Assembly (NCBI GenBank): GCA_036172245.1
Contig: JAYWIR010000098.1
Location: 124,001 to 188,000, forward strand
DNA length: 64,000 bases
Direction: 5' to 3'
Source: Raillietiella orientalis
Taxonomy: Eukaryota
Positions within the stretch are counted from its first letter, which is position 1. The number at the start of each line of letters is the position of its first letter. The notes under the pieces were generated by a model. That model had not been told where the DNA came from, searched no databases, and saw only the letters and a list, made by a program, of their open reading frames with translations. Made by a program: the position numbers and the translations under genes. Shown one piece after another: positions 22,011 to 34,835 of this stretch.

Positions 22011-25000
22011 ACGCATAAGCCCGGCGGAAGACGTTCCAGGGGAAACTGGTCGCAAAACTCACGGACTGAGCACTTCATTTCGTCCCAGTCCGCGAGCGTC
22101 TGAAGCTGGAATCCTCGCAGGAAGAAGCGTAGATGTTCCGCCGCTCCTGCGAGGCGCAAACAATCTCCTGGCAGGCGCCACGTTTTCAGGGGAGGGCCCT
22201 TATTGCGCGGATGTAACTCGAGCACGAGCCGTGGATGGTCGGACAGCTCTGCCTGGAGCGTTCCTCAAATTCCCACCCGCGTGCACAGGTGGTTGTCGAG
22301 GAACATGAGGTCCATGTTCCGATCTCTCCCGGCATCACCGGCCAACCAGTTGCGCGCATTCATTGCTGCGCACAACTCGTTAACCAGTTGTGCTCGACTG
22401 CTGGGCGCACCTGCCAGGAGGCGGAGATTGAAATTTATCACACGGGCACGCCGGGGCGTTTATTAATAATACTAAACTGGTCAGGGACAATGTCCTCAAC
22501 CAACAGAACGACAGAGAACATAGAAAAATTACCGGCACGCAGGCCTGGTAAACAAACCGCTCGCAGCGTGGGGGGAATGAGGGGAAACAAACAAAAATCA
22601 AAAACTAGAGGGAAGGGTAAAGGGTTTTTGGTTAGGCTCCGTACTCACGGGGATTTAAACGATGAGCACCTCGAATGTTCCGAAGGCTATGAAGACGCGG
22701 GTGTTAAAAGAAAATACAAAATTAGTTTATGGAGGGTAGGGCAATGATCACCGGGTTGGCCGCTGCTGAGGATGTGTAAACGGGCGGTGTATTGCGGCGA
22801 GATTCCTTTTTGTCTCCTCTGTCAAATGAGGCCATCTAGCGGATGCTCCTATGTTGAAGGATGCTTTGCTGATTACCTCTTGGTGCTGTCCGTTGATTAC
22901 CAACGCCTGGCGGACGGAAACTATCGCGCGTATGCAACCGATGGTTGCAATCCTTGCGCTTAGTGACAGCCCGCTCGGCGTGAAGAATCGTCGCAGCAAG
23001 TCTCTTGCGGTGTCCACGGGATGCATTAGTGCTGTTGCCAGCCTACGCCACAGTCCTTGTAGGACACCGCAGTCCAGAAGTAGGTGCGGAATCGACTCCG
23101 TCGATCCGCACCGAACGCAGTTTGCAGACGCAAGTCCCCCGGAGTCACGATGCCAACGCTCGTTGCACTGAAAACCCCAGTGAACGAAAAGCAGCACGGC
23201 TTGCTTTTAAGCAAGGGGGAGCAGCAAAGTGTCAATACACTGTGGAGGGACTACAAGTTCTTCGGGGGTGACAGCAAGTTCTTCTGCCCACCGGAGGAAC
23301 CCCTTTGCAGTAACACGAGGAGTGGCGGCGTCCGCCAACTCTCTCGTCTTCCAGGCGCCAAGGATTCTGGTTTTTCCCGCTATCGTGCAGGAAACCTCCC
23401 ATTTCGCCGGTTGGTAACTGTCGTTTCTTGCCCTGAGGGCAGACAGCGCTGCGGCAAGAGGCGTGGCAGCCAGGGTAGATAACTTCACCTCGTCCTGCAG
23501 TACTTCTTCCAAGGATCGTGGAAAAAATTGACGCAGGGGGCGAAGATCTTCAGGGCGTATTCCTTGGAACGCCGTCCAGGATTCAACAGACTCCTGTCGC
23601 CAAGCTTCAAAGTTCATTGGGCGGCAGGAGATCCACGAGTGAGCTTCCAGAAGTGCGGTCAACTGCCGCAATGGAAACCCGAAACCCCGCTTCCTGTATT
23701 GAGTGCCCGGCAAAAGCGAGAGAAATCCTCAGCTGCCGGCGCATCTCCGCAGGAGAATGCGGGCTGGCACACACAGAAGGGATGTCCATAGCTGGGCACA
23801 CAGTGCCAGCAGTCGGAACTGCACCTGCAGTCCGTTTCGCTCCATTGTTAAGATACCTAAACCAGCATCCCGACGCGGAGCTAACAAATCTTTGAGGCGG
23901 ATTCTGGATCTCGCCAGACCCCAGAGAGCGTTCCTAAGCAGGCGTTTAGCCCGCTGTTTTGCCGCATAGGGGGGGTCCAAAACAAAAAACAGGGGACGGA
24001 GGGGGGGAGCCACAAAGGTGTTCCAAATAGTCGCCCGTGCCTGCAAGGTAAACTTGCCGTTAAAGAACGGGCTGATGGCCAACTCTGCTTTCTGAAGACA
24101 GTCCGCCCACGCTTCGGCTGCGCCGAAAGCGCCCAACGGAACGCCAAGGTACTTAAAGTACCCGACCGTGGGGATCCCCAGGCGGATCAAGTCGGACTGA
24201 CCCTCCCACTACGTACCCACAGGAACGACCACGCTCTTCTTTCTGTTCACGCTCACGCCCGCTCTTCGACGAATCAGGTCAAAAAAATTCTCGACACTGG
24301 ACGCCGGGGTGGACTTGGGGAGCAGAAGAAGCAGGTCATCAGCGTAGGCGGCCACGGCAGGCGTTCCCAAGCAGGAGCTTGGCAAGTGAGACAGCGTCAG
24401 CCTGTATGCTCTTACCACCAACTCAAAGAAGATGCTGAAGAGCAACGGGCTTAAGCTGTCGCCCTGTCGGATGCCCCTACGCACGGGAATACCATACACG
24501 CGGCAGCCGCTGAAAGTAATGCAGGTTAGCGCGTGGCGCCAGCACGCGCACAAACACAGCAGGAGTTGCGCCGGGAACCCAAGGCGTTCCATAAGCTCCA
24601 AAAGCAGCTTCTGGTTTACGTAGTCGAACGCCTTGTAAAGATCGACCGCGACCGCCAAGGCACCTGGCGTTTCCTCCTGCCGTTGGCGCCTGTTCTTCTT
24701 GCCTGCGGCAGTGACTTTCGCAGCAGACTGGCTTTGCTGCGCCACAACTTCCTGCAGCTGCATCCATGTACGCGCGAAAAGGATGTTCGGCTCCATGGAT
24801 CGTCCCGGAACCGCGTAGGTTTGTTCCGGGCTCACCACAGATTCCGCGATACTTCCTAACCGCGCTACCCACAGCTTGAAAAACAACTTGACGTCCGAGT
24901 TCACCAAGGTGATCGGACGCCAGTTGTTAAGTTGACGCAAGTCTCCGCCTTTCGGCAGGAGACGCACCTTCGCTGAGCGGAAGGAATCCGGGACATTCCC

Positions 25001-28000
25001 GGATTCACTCATCAGCGTCGCGAGTTTCAGCATCAAGGGAATGAGCTCCACTGCAAAGCACTGATAAAACTCTGCAGGGAGCCCATCCTCGCCTGGCGCC
25101 TTTCGTCTCTTCAGCCCAGCGATTGCGGACGAAAATTCATCCGCCGTGAAGGGCTCGTTGGGACGTTCGCGTTCCTCCTCGCCGACAACACGAGCATCCT
25201 GAGACAGGAGTATCTCAGAAAGAATATTCTCCGTCGGGGATTCCGCATACAGCAAGGAGTAATAGCGTCTCACAATGGGGCGTACTTCGGCTGGGGCCGA
25301 ACATTCCTGGCCCTTGTCGTCCAACAGGCATGCTGCTCCGGACTGCCACACCTGGCGCTCGGCCCTCGCCTTGTACTCTGCAAGACGCCCGACATCGGCG
25401 CGTTTCGAAAACGTGCGGGCCTGCAGAAAGTCTCTACTGTTGGCCACGCCCTCTCCGAAGCCGCGTGGAAGCCGGTGCAAGGGGAATTGGCAGCAGAACT
25501 CGCGGACAGATCTTTTGAGATCGTCCCAGTCCGCAAGTTCTTGAATGGCAAAGCCTCGGAGGTATCCACGTAGATGCTCCGCAGCCTCCGGTTGGCTAAG
25601 CCAATGCGCCTGCATGCTCCAGTTTTGCAACGGAGGCCCTCTACCTGGCGGAAGGATCTCAAACTCCAGCCTGTGGTGGTCAGAAAGCCTAGTCAACAAT
25701 CTTCCTCTCCTACCCACACGCGAATGCAGGTTTTCATCGAGGAAAACGTGATCGAGCGATCTTTATATTCCAGGTTCGCTGACCATCAAGTGTGCGGCGT
25801 GCACGGACGCGCACATCTCGATGGGCAGCGCGCGCTCCCTCGGGCGGCTCCAATCGTCGGAGAGCAGGCGGACGTTGAAGTCCCCAGCGACGAGGTGCGC
25901 CACTTGGAAACCGGAGTTGTTAAGCCAGTGACTCTGCACCTCACCAAAGAAAGCTACTCTTTCTTCGAGGTAGCGAGAGCCACTCGGCGCGTAGACGTTC
26001 GTAACGACGAGTTCGATGGACTCGGACCACTTGATGACAAGCTGGCCTTTCCGTCCGTCGTCGTCGAAACGAACACTACGCACCGCTTCCGCAATTTTTC
26101 CTCTTACGAGGAACGCGACGCCGCACGTGTGTGCGCCGCCGCACCGCCAATGTAGCGTTCCGCCTGCGCGCTCCGCGATTTCGGCTGCCTGCTCGTCGGA
26201 GATTACGTGAATCTTCTGCAGGAGCGCGAGGTCGAAGGGGCGCAAGTCGTTGGCTACTAATCGCCTCTTCTCGTCGTTCTGTACTCCGTTCACGTTCCAA
26301 CACGGTACGGACAGACGACGAGAAGACGCGATTCCATGCATTACTGCTGGGAAGGTGGCGGCTTTTTGCTCGCTTTATCCGGCGAGCAGACGGCGAGCAG
26401 CACGACTGGCTGGAGGGGACGGTCGCCACCGTCTTCTGTCGTGCTGCATGCATGTAATGCCTCCACGCCAGGCTTAACCCCGTCGGGTTTCGTGGAGACT
26501 TCGCGTGGCTTCGCGGCTAGGGTTGCCTGGCTGCCTACTTTTGATCGGCGCGCACACGCTTTCGAACGAGTTGTGCTCGTCTTGGTGATCGGAACGGCAT
26601 CCATTTCGGAGTCCGAACGGCGCATGTTCGATCGGGTATCGGCCTTCCGCGAAGTAGTGACAGGTTCTGCTGGATTGACAGCTGTCCTCTTGTCTTTTTC
26701 CGTCTGCAGAGCATCGCTTTTGGTGACGGCTGCTTTCCCGGCGCGCGCGTTTTCAGCGTGCTCACGCGCAATTGCACGAGGGACCTTTGCTGAAGTGTTC
26801 TTTACTTCAATACGGTTCCTCACTTCGCGTGGCGCCGTAAATAGAGATTGTGCTCCATTGCCATGTTTGAAGCCATCCGCGTCTTTGGACGGGAGCACTT
26901 TCGATGGCTCCGACACGCTTTTCATGGACGCTGCCTTCGGTAGGGCCTTAAATCTTTTCGTTGGCATGGCATCCGCGCCAGTCAAGAGCTTGCTCTCCGA
27001 CTGCGACGGCGTGAGATTTTTCTCCGCTTTCGCGGTCTTGGATCGCGACGCGGATTTTTTTTTTGCCGAGTTTCGTGGTCGACACGGCACAACCCTTCTT
27101 ACCCGATTTGGGCTTCTGAGTTACTGCAGGAGGTGAAGGAATGGATCTGACGGTACTGGAAGTGTCCTTACCGCCGTTGTCCATTGACGTCCCCGCCGGT
27201 TGCTCGAACTCCGAGAGAGCCATGCGTGCTTGGGAAGGACAGCTATTGCGTCTAGGGGGACTTATCATTGCCTTGGATTCCCCGAACCCTTTCTTTTGCG
27301 GCTCCCCTGCCGCGAGAGAGGCCGCGCAGGGCTCCGCGTGCGAGGTTTCCTGCTGCTTTGGGGCGACATTCCGCCTCGCGTTTTTTCGGAATTTCTGCCG
27401 TGGGGTCTCCAGGTTTTTCGCAGATGTTTTCTTTTTATCCGCGCTTTGTTTTTTAAGATGGAGCTCCGCGGCTGCCTTTTTTCTCAAAAGATCCGGGCAG
27501 TTTTTCAATTGGTGCCCGGATAGTTTGCAATAACGGCATTTTCCAGAGGGGCATTTATCCAAACAATGCCCCTCCTTCCCGCATTGCTCGCACGTTCTTA
27601 CTTTGCCCACGAACCACAGGTGAACGACCGTGTCTTTCACCTGTAGTTTGGTGGGCAGCAGAAGGCGGTCCGGCATTGTAAGCCGGACTCCAGCGACTCC
27701 GCTGTGTATGGACGGGAAGTCCTTGAGGTTGCTACGCACCCTCCACAGCGCATGGACCGTGGCGAATTTCGCCAACGCGTGCCGAATATCAATATCGGAG
27801 ATTTCCGACTCGATGTCGAAAATCTCCGCCACAAATGAGTCGTCCATGGCTGCCGGGAAGACCTTCTTGCCACGGATCGACAACGGGGTGCGCAGCAAGC
27901 GTTGCACAAGTGCAGCGTCTTTGCAACGCACCTTGAAATAGCCCATGTCTTTTACGGGCATAATGGCAAGAAGCTCCTCCTCCCGCACGCCAACACGGGT

Positions 28001-29376
28001 CAGTTCATCGTTGAACTGATTCCCGTCGCGCGCAGAAAGAAAACCACTCACCTTATATCGGAGAGCAGGTCTATAGCCTTCGGCTACGTATGCTTGCAAC
28101 TCCGTCTCGTCGAGTGGCTTCCCTTTGACGGCTGCTGTGGCAGCAGCGTCAGCAAAACTCCTCTCCATTGTCGAGATAGACGAAGTGCAGGCGGCCGTCG
28201 GTTCCGCGATAGCAGATCCGGATTCTGTTCCTACAACTTCAGTAGCTTCAAGTTCGGTCGCCATCGTCGTCAAAATGTACGACGCCAAGATGAAGCGGAT
28301 GAAAGCACGGAGACGAGAGCGGAGAAAAGCACGTCCGCACTCGATTGAAATCTCCCGCAATGAGGTGCGCCCTTCGCACGCCTGCTTCGGTCAACCAGTC
28401 TCGCCGCAAGGTTTCGAAGAACACAGTGCGTTCCTCGGCCCTGTGGCTGCTCACCAGAGCGTACAGGTTCGTGACTACGAGGTCGATCGAGTCCGAACAC
28501 TTTAACACAAGCTGCCCAACTCGACCTTCTTCGTCGAACCGTGCACTGCGCAGTGAGTTGTCGACGGTTGGCTTTAGCAGAAAGGCCACTCCGCAGGAGT
28601 TGTCCGTTCCGTTCCTCCACAGTAGCCGCTTTCCCGCGATTCTTTCGATTTCCTGGACATCTCCCGGTCGGAGAACGTGCGTCTCTTGCAGGAGCACCAG
28701 GTCGAAGTCTCGCAGTATGGCGGCTACATCTCGCCTCTTTCCGCCGTCGCGCAACCCGTTGACGTTCCAACAGGTGATGCGCAAGCGGCGGCAGGAGGCG
28801 AGCCCACGCATTGGTGTATTTATGGTAGGGTGGAGGCGGCCTCCTCCCTTTCGGGAGACGGCTCGTTGGCGGCCGTGACGACGGTCGGCTGCTCACACGG
28901 GAGCACGTAGTCAGCAGCGACTTCCATTGCGCTGGCTTCCGAGGCGCGGACGGGAGAAGGCTCGCGTGACGCGACGCACATTGCCTCCCCCTCCGTGCCC
29001 GAGGACATGGGCTCCTCCACTTGGGAGGAGGCGACACGTCTCGGGCATCCGGCCTTCTTGCCAGCTTTCCTCTTCGGCACGGCTGCGGAAGTAGAGCAAC
29101 CGGCTTCAGCGTCGGACCCGGAAGATTCCGGGCCCTTCGCCGTCGCCGGTCGTCTCAAGGCCTTCTTTTCGGCCTTGGCAGGCCGCCTGAACATGGCTGC
29201 CAGCTCTTCCGCGGCCTGCTCGAAGGTCGCGTCTTCGATTCGCGCCACCTCCTCGCTTTCCGCACCGACACTCGGCGCAGGCGCAATGGAAGCGGCTTCA
29301 TCGATCGGCGCGCAGACGTCCTTGGCTGGCAATGCCGAAGCGGCATTGTCGTCAGCTGATGGTGACGTCACTGCGT
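22011..29376 (-). mobile_element. Element J: ORF1 end plus APE/linker; host of D, bounded by B and F insertions
   Basis: ORFs 28820-29395 and 28248-28811 (..HLIAGDFN); resumes at 22434 (NLRLL..FPLERLPPGL). Confidence 0.88.
22435..28343 (-). mobile_element. Element D: full-length (~5.9 kb) with 8-bp TSD
   Basis: ATTGAAAT at 22427-22434 and 28344-28351; ORF1 26341-28264 and ORF2 22748-26341, both disrupted. Confidence 0.95.
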
Positions 29377-32314
29377 TTTTACCCGGATATGCCAAGGCAT
29401 TTATTTAAAAAAAAAAAATAAAAATACATGTAATTTTCGGGTGAAGTACCTGATGGTTCAGCACAAAGCAGCCTGCTTCTTGCCGATTCTAAACCGGCGA
29501 GGTCCTTCCAACGCTCGGGAATGGGAAGAAAAAAACAAAACAAACAAAAAAATGTAAAAATTCGAGAGAGTACTTCTGTTTGGGAAGGGGGGGGCATGAA
29601 GGGAATCACATTGCTCGCTTAAAGGTCCTCTAAATCCTGTTCAGGATCTTCACAAGCTGCGTCCGTTGTGCACCCAGGTGTCTCCACCTGCAAATGTTTC
29701 TCACAAAAAGGCGAGTCCAATGTACAGCATTGCCGCAAGCTTGGAGCTTTCTTCTTGTCGCGTTCCAAGCCGACACGCTCCCTCTAATGCAGCAAAGAAC
29801 TGATACAGAAGCGCGAGGGGACAAGGCATCACGCAAGAAGAGTCGCCTAAAAACGTCTTTAGGGCCGCCTCCGCGAATGTCCAGGATCGCCGTAAGGCGA
29901 TCCCATAAAGGGCGGATGGCACTGCACTCAATTTGAAGGTGGGGGAATGTCCCTTTCTCCCCTCACTCGTCGCACTGGGAATCCACAGCCCCCCGAGTGG
30001 AGTGAGAGAGGCGTGCCTTGAAGGGTAAACCCCAATGTATCACGAGCAGCGCCACCTCCTACCATTTCAGGGGGAGGTAGTCACTATTCCAAGACGCTGG
30101 GGGCCACTTCATCTCCTCCGCAGATAGTCCGAGTAGCTCTCCTTAGCGTCGGATTCCGTTGGGCGGGACACTGGGCGTCGCAGCGTCCGCTAGCTGCCGA
30201 GATGTCCACGCTTTAATCTTTTGTGTCCTACTTTCGATGGTGCAGGACATGGTCCATTTCCCCTGCTCGCTACTGTCCCTGGCATTCACAAGGAAGGGCA
30301 GCACTAAGGCGCAATGGGTTATCAGGGCCCACAGGAGGTGATCGTGGGACTGCACGATCTCCTGCAGCGTCCAGCGGGCGTGCCTTTTCAGGCAAGTGTT
30401 TTTTGTGCCCGCCGGAACGTGAAGCTTTTCCCAAGCGGAGACTGTCTCGTGCAATCATGCCGAGTAGTTCCCTGGGAGGCAGGAGATCCAGGCGTTCTCC
30501 CGTACCACAACGTCCATGCGACGCAGGAGAAAGCCGCCTTATGCTTCTCTGCGGTCGCGCGCCAGCAGAAACGACAAAAGTCCGCCGAATCCGCAGGCTC
30601 GTTGGGCCAGGAGGCGTGCTGGAACGCATCAAGGCGTGTCCCACAATTTGGCCGCGAGGGCGAGAGTCCTGAATTGTAGTTGGAGTTCCATGCGCTCCAG
30701 CGTAAGTAGGCCAAGTCCACCGTCCTTACGTGGAGCTCACAAGTCTTTGAGCCTCATATGGGACCTTCCTTTGCCCCAAAGGACTGTCCACAGGAGGCTT
30801 GCTGCTCGTTTTCAAATAAAATAAGGGGCGGGGCAAACAAAAAGTAGGGGGCGAAGAAGGAAGGCCGCAAACGCGTTCCACACCTCGGCCCGTTCCTGCA
30901 AGTAGAACTTGCTTTCTTGGAACGCAACGATCGCCAACGCTGCGTTTTGAAGACGGTCGGACCAGTCTTCTGCTGCGCAGAAGTCCCCCAACGCCACGCC
31001 AAGGTACCTGAAGCACCTGCCCGTGGGGATCCCCAAGCAGATCCATTCCGACCTTCCAGCCCACGCCGAGCCAGTACAAGTTATGGACGACTTCGCCCTG
31101 ATCACCTCCAGGCCCGTCCCGCGGCGCAGCAACTCGAAGAAGTCCTCGAGCGCACTCGCCGGGGTAGACCCGGGAAGCAGCAGCAGAAGATCGTCTGCAT
31201 AGGCCGACACAGCAGGCGTGCCGGGACACGAGCTCGGCAGGGTTGCCAGAGTTACCCTGTATGCCCTCAGCACCAACTCAAAGTAGATGCTGAAGAGCAA
31301 GGGGCTCAGGCTGTCACCCTGCCGCATGCCGCGTCGCACTGGCACGCCGTACACGTGCCGGCAGCTGAAACCAATATTGATATACGCGTTGCGCCAGCAG
31401 GAGCGCAGGTAAGACCGGAGCACGGACGGGAAACCCAAGCGTTCCAGGAGCTCCAGAAGGAGATCCTGGTCGACGCAGTTGAATGCTTTGTGCGAATCGA
31501 CCGCGACGGCAAAGGCTCCCGCCGAGTCCGTCCTTTCTTCTGCATGATCTTCTTGGTCAGAGGGGAGCGCAAGGCTCCCTTGACCATCCTGAGCAACGCG
31601 TTGTCGCAACTGCCAACATGAGCTGGCGAGGAGCAGGTTGGCCTCCATGGTTCGTCCAAAAACAGTTCAGGTCTGCTCGAGACTCACCAAGGAAGCGGCC
31701 ACCCGCCCCAAACGCTCAGCCCACAATTTGGCATACAACTTTGCGTCCGCATTCACTACTGTGATAAAACGCCAGTTGCTAATGTTGCGTAAGTCTCCTA
31801 ACTTTGGCAGGAGACGTACCTTTGCTGACCGGAACGAGGCGGAAACTTCACCGTGTTCGCGCATCAGCGTACTGAACCTGAGCACCACGAGGGCGAAGTG
31901 CCGCGAAGTGTTTGTAAAACTCCGCATGCAGGCCGTCCTCCCCTGGTGCCTTCCTGTTCTTCAGCCTGTTGATGGCGGAGACGACTTCCACCATCGAGAA
32001 CGGTTCTGCCAACCTGGAACGATCCTCCTCCTTGAGCGCGGGGAGGCCATCCGGCAGCAGGCGCTGCGCGAAATGGCGCTTCGGTGTTAGTGGCGCGTAC
32101 AAGGAGGAATAGAACTCCCGCACGATGCGGCTTACCTGAGCTGGGCTGCAGCGTTCTTGGCCCTGATGGTCCAGCAAGCAGGCCGAGCCTGAATGCCAGG
32201 CCTTCCTCTCATACTCAGCCTTGAATTCTGCCAGGCGACGGACGTCGAGACGCCTGGAATAAGGGCGGGACTGAAGGTATGCCCGCTCGTTCCTGACTCC
32301 CTTCGCGGAATCCC
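29377..32314 (-). mobile_element. Element F: ORF2 from linker to 3' end, cut at GF(R)EG by B'
   Basis: ORFs 31848-32477, 31667-31927, 30812-31648 (YADD), 30143-30454, 29630-29836; 3' AATAAAATGCCTTGGCATATCCGGGTAAAA. Confidence 0.9.
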
Positions 32315-34835
32315 CGCTGTAAAGAGAGGACGTGCTTTCCCTGCGCTCCAACTGCGTGGCAAGGCGAGTGTTTTTTTCTTCAGTGATTTGTGCGTGGACA
32401 TCGTCGGTGTCCGATGGCAGCGTTGACAGAGGACACCGCGATGGAAGTAGGCGTGATGGAGGCTTGTTCGTCTCCACAGCCTACTGGATCAGGGGCATCC
32501 GCCCCGGAATCGTCCCCGGCGACGACGAGGTCATGGAGCGCTATTGTGGCCGCGCCTAGCGTGGAACCCATGGCCGAGATGGAAGCCTACAAGAAAGCGG
32601 GGTATAAACCCTCGCTACTCTACAAGGAAGGCAACCTTTTCGATGGGCGAACTGCACGCGCCTTTACGAAGGCGCTGCAGGACGCCAATATTTTTGAAAA
32701 AGATCTCGACGGCCTCTGCGTCCTTAGCAGCGGGCAGCGGGTCGACGTGGTATGCAAGGATATCACCTTGGCCCGACACCTGATCACCGACCCGCTGATC
32801 GTTGATGGTCGGAAGATCTTGCCGATAACGATGGACCGCTCGGTGGTGGTCCATCTCACTGGGATCTCCAGTCGAATGACTAGGTCAGCGGTTCGAGAAC
32901 AGCTACAAAAGAACGGAGAAAAGCACGCGTTGTGGCCGAAGTCCACGATTTTCCAAGGCTACATTAGCCTTTTCGGAGGTCAAGCTGCGACGCGTATCAC
33001 AGTAAAAGAAAGTGGTGCGCTTCCCCACAATCTGGAGGTTTGCCAAGAAGCGGTGGACCTCTGGTACGTGGGGAAACGCCAATTTTGTGGCTACTGCAAT
33101 GCAGTAGGGCATCTACGAAAAAGGTGCTCGAACATTGTGTGCCACCTATGCGGCGAAAAGGGTCACGTTCGGCGCGTTTTCCACAATTGAACCACCCCGG
33201 TGCCCCCTGCCGCCAAAAAGGCGCAGGGAAAACGTGGAAAGCTGGTAGAAAGACCAGCTCGCGAAAATGGCCGTTCCCAACTGCCAGCCTCGTTTCCTCC
33301 CGTGCAGACGTCAAAGGAAAGAGCTCCCGTGAACGCGGAAATGGAGGAGGGTTGACAGCTGGTTCGGGCCAGAAAAAAAAAAAAAAAGAAATTAATGCCA
33401 GAAGAAAATTCGGAGAAGAAAACTGCCGGCAACAAGGAAAAAGCCGCGCACCTTTCAGAATAAAAACAACTCCACGAATGCTCGGTGGCACTGGAACGCT
33501 TAGCCGTTCCTGACGAGTCCGCCCGCGGCAATGTTCGCGGAACAGCTGATGCGGACGGATGAATACTCGCGTGGACGAGCCCATTCTACGTTTAGAGGGT
33601 GAGAAGACGCGAGACTCGCGCGCCGACAGCCAGGACGCCGCGCTCGATAAAGTCGCGGAGGAGCCCGCGGCAAAGTTCGCCGTCAGCGGTGACGCCGCGC
33701 TCGATAAGGTCGTAGAGCAGCTGGCGGCAACGGTCGCCAGTGGCGTAGACGCGGCCTTCGAGAAAGAGGCGGAGGAGCTCGCAGCAACACTCGCCGAGCG
33801 CGAAACCCCGTCGCGCAAGGGCGTACGCAGGTCGGCTCCTACGAAGAAGGCCCCCGCAGGTGAGTGCGACCTGGGGGCCGGAAGCGGAACCTCCTCCTCG
33901 GAGGCACCCCCCAGGAAGTCGGGACGCAAATCCCAGAAACCCAGGTGGCGCCTTCCCTCCACCAGCGAGGAGGAGATGCCGGAAGGAAGCGGCAGCGAGG
34001 AATCCCGGAGGGGGAATACCCACGCCCGGAAGCCGTCGAGTCGGCCACCCCATGGAGGAGCGTGAGCAGGGGGGTGAAGTCCTCCCTGCAGTCGCGAAAC
34101 CTGAGCAGCCCGAACCCATGGAGGAGAGCGAACAGATAGGAGCGACTTCAACTGCGGGTGATCTGGCAGACGCACCAGCACCGATGGAGGAGGAGAAACA
34201 GGTGCCTTCAGTACCTGTTCCCTCTCTTCCTCAACCTAGCGTCCAGCCCAGCAGGTGGCGGACGCCGCATCGCCGTTTTCCCAGGAATAACACCTAACTC
34301 GCCGGTCGCCGTCGGATTCGCGCCGCCTGTTGGAACGTCAACGGGCTGCGCAACGACGGTAACAGGCGAGATACGGCCGACACCCTGTGTGAGCTCGAAC
34401 TGGCGCTGCTGCAGGAGATCCACGTGATCACCGCGGCAGACGCCCAGGAGATGCAGACGATCGCGGAAGGTCGGTGGTATTGGCGATGCGACCTCCGCAA
34501 CACCTGCGGGGTCGCGTTCTTCGTGAAGCAGGCCATCGACGCTGCCGTAAAGGGAGTGCGGTTTGATGACGACCGTCGGATCGGTCTGCTGATTCTCAGC
34601 TGGTCCGACTCGATCGACCTAATCGTCACAAACGTGTATGGCCCCAGCGGCAAACAGGGGTACGGCGACCGCCCCAGGCTGCTGCAAACCCTGAAACGCG
34701 ACTGGCTGGAGGATACCAATGTGCGAAAGGCTCACCTGATAGCGGGAGATTTCAATTGAGTGCGGACGTGTTTTTCTTCGCTCTCGCCTCCGTGCTTTCA
34801 TCCGCTTCATCTTGGCGTCGTACATTTTGACGACG

